DNA of 64,000 nt from Candidatus Wolfebacteria bacterium (GTDB taxonomy: Bacteria; Patescibacteriota; Minisyncoccia; UBA6257; UBA9933). The notes under the pieces were generated by a model. That model saw nothing but the letters and a program-made list of their open reading frames with translations, did not search any database and was not told where the DNA came from. Location of the stretch: the NCBI GenBank assembly GCA_024654025.1, contig JANLIR010000007.1, positions 421-64,420 of the forward strand, read 5' to 3'. The position numbers and the translations under genes were made by a program. Below are positions 9,365 through 19,688 of this stretch, piece by piece; position 1 is the first letter of the stretch; the number at the start of each line of letters is the position of its first letter.

Positions 9365-10645
9365 ATGAAAAAGAAATTATTAGCATCAATACTAGCAGGG
9401 CTTACAATTCTAAGTTTGGTCGCGTTTGCGCCATTTGCTTCGGCGGATAGGGGCGGTCGGGAGGACAAGAGAGGAGGTCGGGATCGAGATGATGACAATC
9501 TTAATCTTAATCGCGGCCAGATGATTTCTTCGTTTGTCCGCGGTCTCAACAGCGGTCCGGGCAGTATCAACAGCGGCCGGGATCGGGACGACGACGACGA
9601 TGATGATGATGAGGATCTTAACGATAGAGACGAAAACAGAGGTCGAGGGAATGTCGGGGCTGGTATTAGCGATGGCAGAATCCAGGCATTAGAGAGATTA
9701 ATAGTTCTTATCCAGGAACAAATTCAGATTTTATTGGCGAGATTGAATGAGCTTAGGGGGGACGTTAATACTGTTTTGACAATTTCTTCCGTTGCGGCAA
9801 CCGAGATCAAAATAACTGAAGCAAAGGTTGTCTGGTTAACAAGCAGATCGGCAGACAGCAAAGTTTACTTTAGCACGGCTTCGCCCGTTGATCTTGCTAC
9901 CGCGCGAACAAAGTCTAAGGGAGGCCTTGAATTCAGCCACAGAGTCAGTTTGGATGGATTATCTCCAAATACCACTTATTTCTTTATTGTTGAATCAAAG
10001 GACACTTCCAACAATGTCGTTCGATCAGCGCAGTTTTCTTTCACTACCTTATCTGTCGGCGTTGATAATGCCGCTCCGATATTATCTTCTTTGATTGTAA
10101 CTAACATTGCTTCAAGCTCGGCAGAAGTTAAATGGGTTACCAACAAATCCGCCACAAGTAAGGCCTACTTTTCAACTAGCTCCCCGGTTAATTTAGGAAC
10201 AGCTTTAACTGTTGTGGACGCCAGTTTGGTGACCAGCCATTCGTTGAGGCTGACAGGACTTAGCGCCAGTACGACTTACTTCTTTGTAGTTGAGTCATTT
10301 GACGCGGCGAGTAGTGTTACAAGGTCAGCGCAGCTTTCCTTTAACACGGTATCCGCGGCCGCGCCTGTTATTTCGGTGATTTCCGTTTCGGGCTTAAGTT
10401 CGTCAACGGCTACAATTTCCTGGACAACCGATACGCTATCTACGAGCAAAGTTTACTTCTCGACCAGCACTCCGGTTAATGTTTTGAGCGCTCAGACTGC
10501 ATCAAGCAGCGCTCTTGTTACAAGCCATTTAATAGTTTTAACAGGGCTTAGCGCCAATACCAATTATTACTTTGTAATTGAGTCTGTTGACGTAATAAGC
10601 AATGTGAGCCGGTCAAGTCAGTTTTCGTTTCTGACCACGCTTTAA
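9365..10645 (+). CDS. Secreted protein with three fibronectin type III / purple-acid-phosphatase-N-like repeats
   Basis: Signal peptide, acidic low-complexity stretch, three W.T...SKVYFST...H...L.GLS..T.Y.F.VES repeats. Confidence 0.8.
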   Translation: MKKKLLASILAGLTILSLVAFAPFASADRGGREDKRGGRDRDDDNLNLNRGQMISSFVRGLNSGPGSINSGRDRDDDDDDDDEDLNDRDENRGRGNVGAGISDGRIQALERLIVLIQEQIQILLARLNELRGDVNTVLTISSVAATEIKITEAKVVWLTSRSADSKVYFSTASPVDLATARTKSKGGLEFSHRVSLDGLSPNTTYFFIVESKDTSNNVVRSAQFSFTTLSVGVDNAAPILSSLIVTNIASSSAEVKWVTNKSATSKAYFSTSSPVNLGTALTVVDASLVTSHSLRLTGLSASTTYFFVVESFDAASSVTRSAQLSFNTVSAAAPVISVISVSGLSSSTATISWTTDTLSTSKVYFSTSTPVNVLSAQTASSSALVTSHLIVLTGLSANTNYYFVIESVDVISNVSRSSQFSFLTTL

Positions 10646-10675
10646 AAGCTGTTAGAAATTAGAATTTGAACAATA

Positions 10676-10716
10676 AAACAACAAGAAAACCGCTTTAAGC
10701 GGTTTTCTTGTTGTTT
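10676..10716 (+). terminator. Long perfect hairpin terminator
   Basis: aaacaacaagaaaaccgctt / aagcggttttcttgttgttt. Confidence 0.75.
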
Positions 10717-10845
10717 CCTTTGTTTTGTGGTTTTGTGAAAACTTGTTTTCTAAAACGTCTTATTTTGGTATGATTAAAGCAAGCAAGCTTTTTTGCAAAG
10801 CTGATTGTCAAAGGTCGAGCTGAAAAAAATTACACACAATTTAAA

Positions 10846-11388
10846 ATGAATAAAAAATTATTTGCAAAGATTTTAGGCGTGGCAATGATTGCGGTTTTAG
10901 CGGTTGTGGCTTTAAATGTGGCTTTTGCGGAAAATGACAATTCTTCAACGTCAGCCGTAAAATCAAAAGGCGGTACGTTGGGATGGGGTGAAATGAAGAA
11001 GCTTTCTGACTACGACAAAGAAGAAAGTAAAAGCGGCCAAGCGGTTATTATAAGAGCTAACGGCGATTTCCGAGTTAACGGCGTAACTGCCAATTCGGTG
11101 AATGCTTCTTCCAGCTTAATAAACGTTACGTTTTTTAATTTTACAAGAGACGTTAATGTTTCCGGAGCTAAAATAATGGGTGGAGGAAGGGCAATTTCTC
11201 TCTCTGATATTCAGGCTGGAGACAAGTTAAATGCCGCCGGCAATTATAACGCTTCAACTAAAGTTATAACTGTTTACGAGATACAAGACATCACTGCGCG
11301 CACGCAGAATATTTCCGAAATTCAGAAGAGAATCCAGCAATTAATGGATATGATTAATGCGCTTAAGGCTAAGTTGGGAATACAGTAA
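10846..11388 (+). CDS. Secreted hypothetical protein (OB-fold/DUF5666-like)
   Basis: Signal peptide AFA; ISLSDIQAGDKL..AG motif; C-terminal coiled coil. Confidence 0.6.
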   Translation: MNKKLFAKILGVAMIAVLAVVALNVAFAENDNSSTSAVKSKGGTLGWGEMKKLSDYDKEESKSGQAVIIRANGDFRVNGVTANSVNASSSLINVTFFNFTRDVNVSGAKIMGGGRAISLSDIQAGDKLNAAGNYNASTKVITVYEIQDITARTQNISEIQKRIQQLMDMINALKAKLGIQ

Positions 11389-11398
11389 AGAAAATTTT

Positions 11399-11431
11399 AA
11401 CCCCCCTCCGACTTAATTCGGAGGGGGTTTT
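11399..11431 (+). terminator. Intrinsic terminator
   Basis: ccccctccga/tcggaggggg stem plus T-run. Confidence 0.75.
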
Positions 11432-11684
11432 GTTTAGGTTTTTTGGGGCCGGTCGGAGCTTCGGTTTTTAATTTCGCCACAGATTTCGTCCCAATTTTGA
11501 ATTCCTTGAGGATTTTAAGGAAATAGACGAGTTTTATGCAGGGTATTGCTTTATTTTCTTTTATGTGTTAACCTTATTTCATAGGGTAAGTGTTCTCGCG
11601 AATGGTTTTAAGGCGACAATGTTTTAATCGGTCTTAATTAAAACCAGACGGGGGTTGGTCGCCTTACAATACAAAAATCAAAAA

Positions 11685-12023
11685 ATGGCTAAGAAATTAT
11701 ATGTCGGCGGGTTGCCTTATACGACCACCGATGAAGAATTAAAATCCAAATTTTCCGAATTTGGTTCAGTCTCGTCTGCCAATATCATTACTGATAAATT
11801 TACCGGCAGATCACGCGGTTTTGGCTTTGTTGAAATGGAAAACGACGAAGAGGCTCAGAGCGCGATTGAGAAATTGAATGGTTCGGATTTTGGAGGAAGA
11901 AATCTTACTGTTAATGAAGCAAAGCCGATGGGAGAAAGAGCGCCGCGAAAGAGTTTTGGCGGTGGCGGACGAGGAGGATTCGGCGGAGGCAGAGGGAGAG
12001 GAGAAGGAGGTAATTGGCAGTAA
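11685..12023 (+). CDS. RRM (RNP-1) RNA-binding protein with Gly-rich tail
   Basis: KLYVGGL (RNP2), RGFGFVEM (RNP1); ATG 11685 preferred as start. Confidence 0.93.
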   Translation: MAKKLYVGGLPYTTTDEELKSKFSEFGSVSSANIITDKFTGRSRGFGFVEMENDEEAQSAIEKLNGSDFGGRNLTVNEAKPMGERAPRKSFGGGGRGGFGGGRGRGEGGNWQ

Positions 12024-12034
12024 AGTAGATAAGA

Positions 12035-12070
12035 AAAACACCCCTCCGACTAAGGTCGGAGGGGTGTTTT
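12035..12070 (+). terminator. Intrinsic terminator
   Basis: aaaacacccctccgac / gtcggaggggtgtttt. Confidence 0.8.
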
Positions 12071-12127
12071 GTTTTGCTTATTTTTATGATATATTTAAGA
12101 AAATAAGGTTGTTTGATTTTTTATAAA

Positions 12128-12415
12128 ATGAGAGAAACACAACCACAAGTCAGTTCGTTTGTTTGCCAGAGCTGTTCTATGCCTATGGAAAAACCGACTG
12201 ATTTTGGAACCGAGATTGACGGTTTGGCAAGTAAAGAATTTTGCGTTTTCTGTTATTCCAACGGAAGTTTTATTGAACCCGATTTAATTCTTAGCCAGAT
12301 GATAGATAAAGTTTCGCGAATGCTGGCTAAGCAGATGAATATTTCGGAGGATGAGGCGAGTTCAATAGCGCGAACTTCGGTACCGTCTTTGAAAAGGTGG
12401 CAGAAAAAAATTTAA
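12128..12415 (+). CDS. Zinc-ribbon domain protein
   Basis: CQSCSMPM...GTE.DG...FCVFCY..G.F...P.LKRW. Confidence 0.8.
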   Translation: MRETQPQVSSFVCQSCSMPMEKPTDFGTEIDGLASKEFCVFCYSNGSFIEPDLILSQMIDKVSRMLAKQMNISEDEASSIARTSVPSLKRWQKKI

Positions 12416-12428
12416 ATTTTACCACAAT

Positions 12429-12857
12429 ATGGAAAAAGAAATTAAAAAAATTTACAGATCAATTGACGACAGAATTATTTGGGGAGTTGGCGGAGGGCTG
12501 GCTAAATATTTTGGACTTGATTCGACTTTGGTCCGTCTTATTTTGGTTGCTTTTGCGCTCATAACAGGAGGATTGGGGATTTTATTTTATTTTGCGGCGG
12601 CTCTTATTGTTCCAAATGAGCCGGGAATTTTTAAAAATTCGAGCGAAAACGTTTCTGACAATTTTAATAATTTTAACGACAAAGTCAGAGCTAGAAAAGG
12701 GGGCGGAATAATAATAGGTACGGTGCTTTTAATAATAGGCATTTTAGCGGTGCTTAAAAAGTTTTTTCCGATTGTTTGGTTTGGCTGGGGTTTAACGTGG
12801 CCGATAATAGCTATAATTTTAGGAATAGCGATTCTTATAAGAAGCGGCCGCAAGTAG
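12429..12857 (+). CDS. PspC domain membrane protein
   Basis: KKIYRS.DDRII.GVGGGLAKYFGLD.TLVRL. Confidence 0.85.
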   Translation: MEKEIKKIYRSIDDRIIWGVGGGLAKYFGLDSTLVRLILVAFALITGGLGILFYFAAALIVPNEPGIFKNSSENVSDNFNNFNDKVRARKGGGIIIGTVLLIIGILAVLKKFFPIVWFGWGLTWPIIAIILGIAILIRSGRK

Positions 12858-12860
12858 ACT

Positions 12861-13352
12861 ATGAGTAAAAGTGTTGTTTTGATGGTTTTGGCAATGGCCG
12901 TTGTTTTATATGGCGGCTATTATTTTTATAATCAATTTTTAAACGGCAAATCCGAGATTAAAAATTCAGACTCTCCTGCTACGCAGGATCTTGCGAAGCG
13001 AGATAATATTATGGAAAATGTGACAAAAGAAAATCTTAAAATAGAAGTTTTAAAAGAAGGGAGCGGAATTGAAGCAAAAAACGGCGATAAAGTGAGCGTT
13101 CACTATGTCGGCACCTTAACGGATGGGAAAAAATTTGATTCCAGTTTAGACCGGGGTGAGCCGTTTAGTTTTATACTGGGAGCGAGCCAGGTTATAAAAG
13201 GATGGGATCAAAGCGTTTTAGGAATGAAAGTCGGCGAAAAAAGAAAATTGACAATACCGTCTGGTTTAGCATATGGCGATAACGGCATACCCGGAGTGAT
13301 TCCGCCGAAAGCAACTTTAATATTTGAAGTAGAATTATTGAAGATAAATTAA
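12861..13352 (+). CDS. FKBP-type peptidyl-prolyl isomerase, membrane anchored
   Basis: [35 protein letters not shown]. Confidence 0.93.
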   Translation: MSKSVVLMVLAMAVVLYGGYYFYNQFLNGKSEIKNSDSPATQDLAKRDNIMENVTKENLKIEVLKEGSGIEAKNGDKVSVHYVGTLTDGKKFDSSLDRGEPFSFILGASQVIKGWDQSVLGMKVGEKRKLTIPSGLAYGDNGIPGVIPPKATLIFEVELLKIN

Positions 13353-13810
13353 TGAAGGATCCAAAAATATTATTGGGCGCTTTAATTATAATCGCAGCCG
13401 CGATTATATTTTTATTTGTTAAAGAAAAAAATACCGGATTGCAGCCGCAAGTTTGCGTTAAAAATATCTGTTTTAACGTGGAAATCGCAAAAACCTATTT
13501 TAAAAGAGGAAAGGGATTGATGTTTAGGAAAAACTTGATTGAAAAATCCGGAATGCTTTTTGTTTTTGAGCATCCGAACCTCTATCCTTTTTGGATGAAA
13601 AATACGCTTATTTCGCTAGATATGATTTGGATAAGTGAAGATAAGAAAGTTGTTTTTATCCATAAGAATGCCCAGCCTTGCGTTTCGGGGACAATTTGCG
13701 AAAATATTAATCCGCAAGCCCCGGCCAGTTATGTTCTTGAAATAAACGCCGGCGAAGCGGACAAAGAGGAAATTTCAATAGGCGACAGCGTTAGTTTTAT
13801 AAATATTTAA
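13352..13810 (+). CDS. DUF192 domain protein
   Basis: GLMFR, GMLFVF, FWMKNT.ISLDMIWI, YVLEINAG. Confidence 0.9.
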   Translation: MKDPKILLGALIIIAAAIIFLFVKEKNTGLQPQVCVKNICFNVEIAKTYFKRGKGLMFRKNLIEKSGMLFVFEHPNLYPFWMKNTLISLDMIWISEDKKVVFIHKNAQPCVSGTICENINPQAPASYVLEINAGEADKEEISIGDSVSFINI

Positions 13811-13811
13811 C

Positions 13812-15044
13812 ATGCAATTTAGTAAAAAATATGTTTTGGCGGTCTCTGTGCCTATTTTAGTTCTGATGGGATATTGGGGGTTGGCAACTAAAAAAAACAT
13901 CACTCTTTTGTCTCTGGTGTCTTTGGAAAAAAATGAAAACGCGATAAACTCCAGCTCAACTGAAAAAAAACTAAATGAATTTGTCAGAAACCCCGTTTTT
14001 ATAAACACTCCTGATGTTGTAAAGGGGATTTATTTAACAAGTTGGTCGGGAGGAAGCAAGAAAAAAATTGATGAGGTTATTAAACTTTCAAAAACATTCG
14101 GTATAAATTCGGTAGTTATAGACATAAAAGATTTTTCCGGTTATTTGGCCTATGATACTGGTTTGGAGCAGGTTAAAAAATATAAGGCTCACGAGATAAA
14201 AATCGCTAATATAACAGATGTTATTAATAAATTGCATAGCGAGAATATTTATACCATTGCTCGAATTACGGTTTTTCAGGATCCGGTTATGGCAAAAACG
14301 CGGCCGGACTTAGCGGTTAGAAGAAAATCCACAGGCGGGATTTGGCTGGATAGAAAAGGCTTGGGTTGGATTGATCCATCAAATAAAGATTATTGGAATT
14401 ATATAGTTGACATTTCTAAAGACGCGCGCAGCCGAGGATTTGATGAATTAAATTTTGATTATATCCGGTTTCCTTCGGACGGAAATTTGGCGGATATGGA
14501 ATTTCCATCGTGGAACCGGAAAATTCCAAAACACGAAATTATCAGAGAATTTTTTAAACACTTAAGGGATAATTTGCCCGGCGTTAAAATATCCGCTGAT
14601 CTTTTCGGTTTGGCCACCATCCAAAAGGACGATTTGGGCATTGGCCAGATAATTGAAGACGCGTATGAAAATTTTGATTATGTTTCGCCTATGGTTTATC
14701 CGTCGCATTACGCAAGCGGATTTTTGGGATATAAAAGTCCCGCGAAGTATCCTTATGAAGTCATTAAATATTCGATGGACAGCGCGGTTAAAAAGTTGAG
14801 CTTGCTTGATGGAAGCGCGGGTGCCACTTCGACTGCTTCTGCCAGTTCAACAAATTTAATAGCCAGTAATAAAAAATTTGCAGAGCTTAGGCCTTGGATC
14901 CAAGATTTTGATTTAGGCGCGGATTATAACGTTCAAATGGTGAAGTTGGAAATTGACGCGATAAAAGACGCTTTGGGTAGCGGGTTTACGGGTTTTATGC
15001 TATGGTCTCCGTCTAATATATACACCGTGGAAGCCCTGCGTTAG
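13812..15044 (+). CDS. Putative glycoside hydrolase (DUF4015-like)
   Basis: VVIDIKD, IARITVFQD, GFDELNFDYIRFP, SPMVYPSHY, RPWIQDF. Confidence 0.8.
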   Translation: MQFSKKYVLAVSVPILVLMGYWGLATKKNITLLSLVSLEKNENAINSSSTEKKLNEFVRNPVFINTPDVVKGIYLTSWSGGSKKKIDEVIKLSKTFGINSVVIDIKDFSGYLAYDTGLEQVKKYKAHEIKIANITDVINKLHSENIYTIARITVFQDPVMAKTRPDLAVRRKSTGGIWLDRKGLGWIDPSNKDYWNYIVDISKDARSRGFDELNFDYIRFPSDGNLADMEFPSWNRKIPKHEIIREFFKHLRDNLPGVKISADLFGLATIQKDDLGIGQIIEDAYENFDYVSPMVYPSHYASGFLGYKSPAKYPYEVIKYSMDSAVKKLSLLDGSAGATSTASASSTNLIASNKKFAELRPWIQDFDLGADYNVQMVKLEIDAIKDALGSGFTGFMLWSPSNIYTVEALR

Positions 15045-15076
15045 ATAATAATATATGTTAAAATAAATTTAATAAA

Positions 15077-15210
15077 TCCCGCACCTTTATTAGATTTAAA
15101 TTTTTAACGAAGCCAACGACAATTTAATTAATTTTGATATTTTTATAAAATAATGATTAGTTATAAATTAACAAAATTTTATTGCTTCGCGATCTAATAA
15201 AGGTGCGGGA
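15077..15210. mobile_element. MITE-like element, family A copy 1
   Basis: 19-bp perfect TIR tcccgcacctttattagat / atctaataaaggtgcggga, flanked by TAAA on both sides. Confidence 0.75.
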
Positions 15211-15231
15211 TAAAATTAATTATTAAATAGT

Positions 15232-16788
15232 ATGTCCAAAATTATAAACTTTATAAAAGCCAGGAAATTTTCGGTTGGAGGATTGCTGTTATTCGTCGTT
15301 GTGGCGAGCTATTTTTTATTTATAAGAACCAAACCAAGCGGTTTAAAATTTTTTACCGTTACAAGGGGCGAAGTTAAGTCCGAAGTAAGCGTTACGGGAA
15401 AAGTAAAGCCATCTAAAAACTTGGATTTAGCCTTTGAAAAAAGCGGCCGCATAACTAGAATTTATGTTAAGGTAGGCGACAAAGTCGGCGAAGGTCAGCA
15501 ATTAGTCAGCTTGGATAATTCCGATTTGATTGCTCAACTTGCGCAGGCCCAAGCCAATCTTAAATCGCAGGAAGTAAAATTAGAGCAACTGAAAAAAGGC
15601 ACTCGGCCGGAGCAAATAAAAATCCATCAAGCCCAATTAGATAAAGCGAAACAAGATTTGACTAATTATTATTCGGGGGCGGTGAACGTACTTACTGACT
15701 CATACACAAAATCGGATGACGCGATAAGAAAGCAAGTCGGCGGGCTGTTTACGGGATTAACCACGTCTAATCCGCAATTGATTTTTTCTTCAAGCGACTC
15801 GCAGGCGGTTATAGACGTCCAAACGAAAATGGCGCTGTCAATCGCCGCTCTTGATAGTTGGCGAAGTCAATTAAGCATTCTTAATTCTTCTGATTCGGCG
15901 GCAATAGAACAAGCCATTAATAATTCAGATAAGTATTTGAATATCGTCAAAGGCATGCTTGACCGATTGACAGATTCGTTAAATAGCTCGTTTGGGATTT
16001 CTTCCGCAACGATTGATTCATATAAACTTAACGTTAATACTGCCAGAGCCAATGTGAATACAGCGATAACCAATATTAGCAACCAATTGCAATCAATATT
16101 GTCGCAAAAAATCGTAGTCCAGACGAATCAAGATCAGCTTTCTTTGGATTTAGCCGGTTCGACTGCGGAAGATATTTCTTATCAACAAGCGCAGGTTGAT
16201 TCAGTGGCGGCCAATGTCGCTTATTATCAGTCGCAGGTTTCTAAAACTGTTTTAAGAGCGCCTTTTTCAGGTACGGTGACAAAAGTGAATTTTGACCCCG
16301 GAGACATTATCCCTGCGAATACCGCGGCTGTTTCGTTGATCGGTGTGGGGCAATACGAGATAGAGGCCAATGTTGCCGAATCGGACATTGCCGACGTGAA
16401 AATAGGAAATACGGCAAGAGTTACTTTGGACGCTTACGGTTCAGATGTGGTTTTCGGGGCAAAAGTCGTTCAAATAGATTTATCTTCAACTGTTTTAGAG
16501 GGAGTAGCGACTTATAAAACGACATTGCAGTTTTTGAATAGTGATTCAAGAATATTGGCAGGGTTCACGGCGAACGTCGATATTTTAAGCGCGCTGAAAG
16601 AAAACGTTCTTTACGTCCCGACGCGGGATATACTTACCAGAGACACTAAAAAATACGTTAAATTAGTAAAAGATGAAAAAAATGGAATTGTGGAGGAGTC
16701 GCAAATTACCATTGGGCTTCGCGGTTCTGACGGAAGAACTGAAGTTGTATCGGGCTTGAATGAAGGAGACAAAATTGTTGTTGACTAA
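15232..16788 (+). CDS. Efflux membrane-fusion (MacA/HlyD-like) subunit
   Basis: TM anchor, lipoyl half motifs (VKVGDKV..GQ; LRAPFSGTV), long coiled coil, GLNEGDKIV. Confidence 0.88.
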   Translation: MSKIINFIKARKFSVGGLLLFVVVASYFLFIRTKPSGLKFFTVTRGEVKSEVSVTGKVKPSKNLDLAFEKSGRITRIYVKVGDKVGEGQQLVSLDNSDLIAQLAQAQANLKSQEVKLEQLKKGTRPEQIKIHQAQLDKAKQDLTNYYSGAVNVLTDSYTKSDDAIRKQVGGLFTGLTTSNPQLIFSSSDSQAVIDVQTKMALSIAALDSWRSQLSILNSSDSAAIEQAINNSDKYLNIVKGMLDRLTDSLNSSFGISSATIDSYKLNVNTARANVNTAITNISNQLQSILSQKIVVQTNQDQLSLDLAGSTAEDISYQQAQVDSVAANVAYYQSQVSKTVLRAPFSGTVTKVNFDPGDIIPANTAAVSLIGVGQYEIEANVAESDIADVKIGNTARVTLDAYGSDVVFGAKVVQIDLSSTVLEGVATYKTTLQFLNSDSRILAGFTANVDILSALKENVLYVPTRDILTRDTKKYVKLVKDEKNGIVEESQITIGLRGSDGRTEVVSGLNEGDKIVVD

Positions 16789-16793
16789 GCGCG

Positions 16794-17507
16794 ATGTTAA
16801 TAGAGACAAAAGGGTTGAAAAAAATTTACTCGATTGACGGATCGGAAACTCCGGCCGTAAACGGAATCAACCTTGAAATAAAGGAGGGTGAATTTGTGGC
16901 GATTATAGGGCCTTCGGGGTCGGGCAAGTCAACGTTGCTTCAGATTTTGGGTTGTTTAGACCGGCCGACGGGCGGAGAATATTTTTTTGACGGGAAAGAG
17001 ATAGAAAAATATTCGGACGACGAATTAGCGCATTTGCGCAATAAAAAGTTCGGATTTGTTTTTCAGTCATTTAATCTTTTGGGGAGATTATCGGTTTTAG
17101 AAAACGTAGAATTGCCTTTAATTTACGCGGGCATTCCGGAATTAAAACGCAGAGAAATGGCCGTTAAGGTTATAGGTTCGGTAGGATTATCCGATAGGGT
17201 TGATTTTGAAACCATGCGGCTTTCAGGAGGCCAGAAGCAGAGAGTCGCTATCGCGCGAGCTTTAGTTAATGAACCGAGAATTATTTTCGCGGACGAACCG
17301 ACGGGCAATTTAGATTCAAAATCAGGAGAAATTATTTTAGAATTTTTCGAAAAACTTCATGAAGACGGGCATACAATCGTTTTGGTCACTCATGAGACAT
17401 ATTTGGCGGAATCAGCCGAAAGGATAATATATCTTAAAGACGGGTTGATTGAGAGAGAAGAAATCGTTAATCACAAGTCCTTTAGAGAAAATAAATTTTC
17501 TAAATAA
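16794..17507 (+). CDS. ABC transporter ATP-binding protein (MacB/LolD family)
   Basis: [37 protein letters not shown]. Confidence 0.95.
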   Translation: MLIETKGLKKIYSIDGSETPAVNGINLEIKEGEFVAIIGPSGSGKSTLLQILGCLDRPTGGEYFFDGKEIEKYSDDELAHLRNKKFGFVFQSFNLLGRLSVLENVELPLIYAGIPELKRREMAVKVIGSVGLSDRVDFETMRLSGGQKQRVAIARALVNEPRIIFADEPTGNLDSKSGEIILEFFEKLHEDGHTIVLVTHETYLAESAERIIYLKDGLIEREEIVNHKSFRENKFSK

Positions 17508-17516
17508 GTATTTTTT

Positions 17517-18758
17517 ATGAAATTCAGGGATAATTTAAAAATGTCTTATTCGGGATTGACAACGCACATGTCGCGTTCGGTTTTGACCATATTGGGAATT
17601 GTTATCGGCATTACCGCGATAATTATAGTTATGTCTCTTGGGCAAAGCGCGCAGAATTTGATTGTGGGGGAAATACAATCAATGGGGCCGGAAACAATCG
17701 TTGTTTTGCCGGGCAAACAGCCTAAAGGGTTAAGCGATGTCGGCGGATCAATATTTGGCGATTCATTAAAAGAGAGAGATTTTAAGGATTTAAGCAAAAA
17801 AGAAAATGTTCCCGATGCCGTCAATGTTGGTCCGGTTGTTTTCAGCCAAATCAACTCTTCTTATGGATCGGAGACTTACGACACCATGATTTTGGGGGTA
17901 TCTCCTTCGATGTTTAAAACATTTGGCCTTGAAGTAAATCCGCCCGGAACGCTTTTTGGATCCAACGACGTTAATGAAAAATCCAGCGTTGTTATTTTAG
18001 GGAATAAAGCTCAAACCGAACTTTTTGGCAACTCTGATTCAATTGGAGAAAAAATTAAAATAAAAGGGAAAAATTTCAAAGTTATAGGCGTTCTGATAAA
18101 AAAGGGGCAGTCCTCGTTTGTTAATTTTGACGACCATATAATAGCGCCCTACACGACAGTTCAGGATTTGTCGGGCTTGAAATATTTCAACAGAATAGCG
18201 GTGACGGCTAAATCCGTGGAGGCAATTCCAAGCGTCATTAAGGACATAGAGCTTGTTTTAAGGACTAACCATAAAATTGACGATCCAAAAAATGACGATT
18301 TTTATATTCAAACACAGGAAGATCTGGTTAAAAGCATCAGCAGCATAACGGATATTTTGACGATTTTTCTGGGTTCCGTGGCCGCTATATCTCTGGTAGT
18401 GGGCGGAATTGGCATTATGAATATTATGTTTGTATCGGTTACCGAACGCACTCGCGAGATTGGGTTAAGAAAGGCGCTGGGCGCTACCAATAAAAATATT
18501 TTGGTCCAGTTTTTGACCGAAGCGGTTATTTTGACCGTAACCGGCGGGGTGATAGGCATTATTTTCGGGACCGGACTAACCGCTTTGACCGTGGTTGTTT
18601 TAAACAAGTTCGCGGGCATTAATTTTTCTTTTTCTTTTCCTATAGACGGAGCGCTTTTAGGACTGTTCGTTTCCAGCGCGGTTGGTTTTATTTTCGGAAT
18701 TTTCCCGGCGCGCAAGGCTTCACTAAAGAGTCCCATTGAGGCGTTAAGATACGAATAA
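17517..18758 (+). CDS. ABC permease (MacB/FtsX family)
   Basis: LTILGIVIGI, GGIGIMNIMFVSVTERTREIGLRKALGA, PIEALRYE. Confidence 0.93.
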   Translation: MKFRDNLKMSYSGLTTHMSRSVLTILGIVIGITAIIIVMSLGQSAQNLIVGEIQSMGPETIVVLPGKQPKGLSDVGGSIFGDSLKERDFKDLSKKENVPDAVNVGPVVFSQINSSYGSETYDTMILGVSPSMFKTFGLEVNPPGTLFGSNDVNEKSSVVILGNKAQTELFGNSDSIGEKIKIKGKNFKVIGVLIKKGQSSFVNFDDHIIAPYTTVQDLSGLKYFNRIAVTAKSVEAIPSVIKDIELVLRTNHKIDDPKNDDFYIQTQEDLVKSISSITDILTIFLGSVAAISLVVGGIGIMNIMFVSVTERTREIGLRKALGATNKNILVQFLTEAVILTVTGGVIGIIFGTGLTALTVVVLNKFAGINFSFSFPIDGALLGLFVSSAVGFIFGIFPARKASLKSPIEALRYE

Positions 18759-18759
18759 A

Positions 18760-18896
18760 CCCCGCACCTTTAGAAGATATTAACGCCCCGACGCTTTTAT
18801 TTAATATCGATATTTGTTTAAAAATATAGGCTTTTTATCATTGCCGCTTTTTACTAAAGGGCGTTTTTAAAAGCGTAATCTTCTAAAGGTGCGGGG
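18760..18896. mobile_element. MITE-like element, family A copy 2
   Basis: 19-bp perfect TIR ccccgcacctttagaagat / atcttctaaaggtgcgggg; TAAA duplication includes the permease stop codon; interior similar to 52411-52546. Confidence 0.8.
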
Positions 18897-18966
18897 TAAA
18901 AAAAGGCCCGGTTAAGGGCCAACGAGCTGGTGGTGCACGGCAGGAAAGCGGGTAGGTTGTCTTAAG

Positions 18967-19407
18967 TCATCTTGGGCAAGTTTTGTTCATCATGTTCAGA
19001 TATTTTTTGGGAAAACTTTGTAAATCTATTTTTCTTGGAATATCTGTGAGTGAAGTCAAACCAAAAACGGATTTTGTCAGATGGGGCACGGAAGAATTTA
19101 AAAAATCATAGTCGTATTTCTTTATCGTTAAAAGCAGGGGATAGGCGTTTAAAATGTTGTTGTCGTCTTCTCCCGTAAAGATTCCGATCCATAAATCGTC
19201 TATGGCGACATAGGCCGCTATCGTGAAACCTACAACTTCAATTCTTAGTCCCTCCAATCTTTTTGTCAGAAATTCCGCCAATCCGCATAGTAAAGTGAAT
19301 TCCCGCGGATTTTGACAGGACGTTTGAATATCGGCGTTGTTTTTTACTTGTTTGAGTTTTTCTTGAAGCGCCGTTGTTAAATGCACAACATTCAATCTAC
19401 TTGGCAT
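18967..19407 (-). CDS. Hypothetical orphan protein
   Basis: 146-aa ORF; AAGGGGGGAG upstream of ATG. Confidence 0.55.
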   Translation of the reverse strand: MPSRLNVVHLTTALQEKLKQVKNNADIQTSCQNPREFTLLCGLAEFLTKRLEGLRIEVVGFTIAAYVAIDDLWIGIFTGEDDNNILNAYPLLLTIKKYDYDFLNSSVPHLTKSVFGLTSLTDIPRKIDLQSFPKKYLNMMNKTCPR

Positions 19408-19624
19408 AATCTCCCCCCTTATGTGACTGCGATTTTTTTAGAGCTTTACCATATATAATTTAAAAAAAGCTCAATGTCAATAAACAAAAAAAACAAAAAC
19501 CGCCTCCTCACAAGACGGCCTTTGCTTTTTTCTTTGGTAACACAAAGAATGCATTACCTTTTGATTGATAAGTTAATTATATATCCGCCATTAATTGCGT
19601 CAACCCCCGCATTTTTTACCGGAT

Positions 19625-19633
19625 TGTGGATAA
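19625..19633. promoter_or_regulatory. Perfect DnaA box upstream of pyrD
   Basis: TGTGGATAA, intergenic. Confidence 0.5.
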
Positions 19634-19688
19634 AAAAATTCCGATATTTGCCTTAAATATGAAGAATATTATATAGTTATGTTGATAT

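Noticed and set aside
15077-18896. ABC exporter operon flanked by two MITEs as a composite transposon
   Set aside because: Each MITE has its own flanking duplication and the two copies have divergent interiors, so independent insertions explain it. The outer TAAA match is uninformative.
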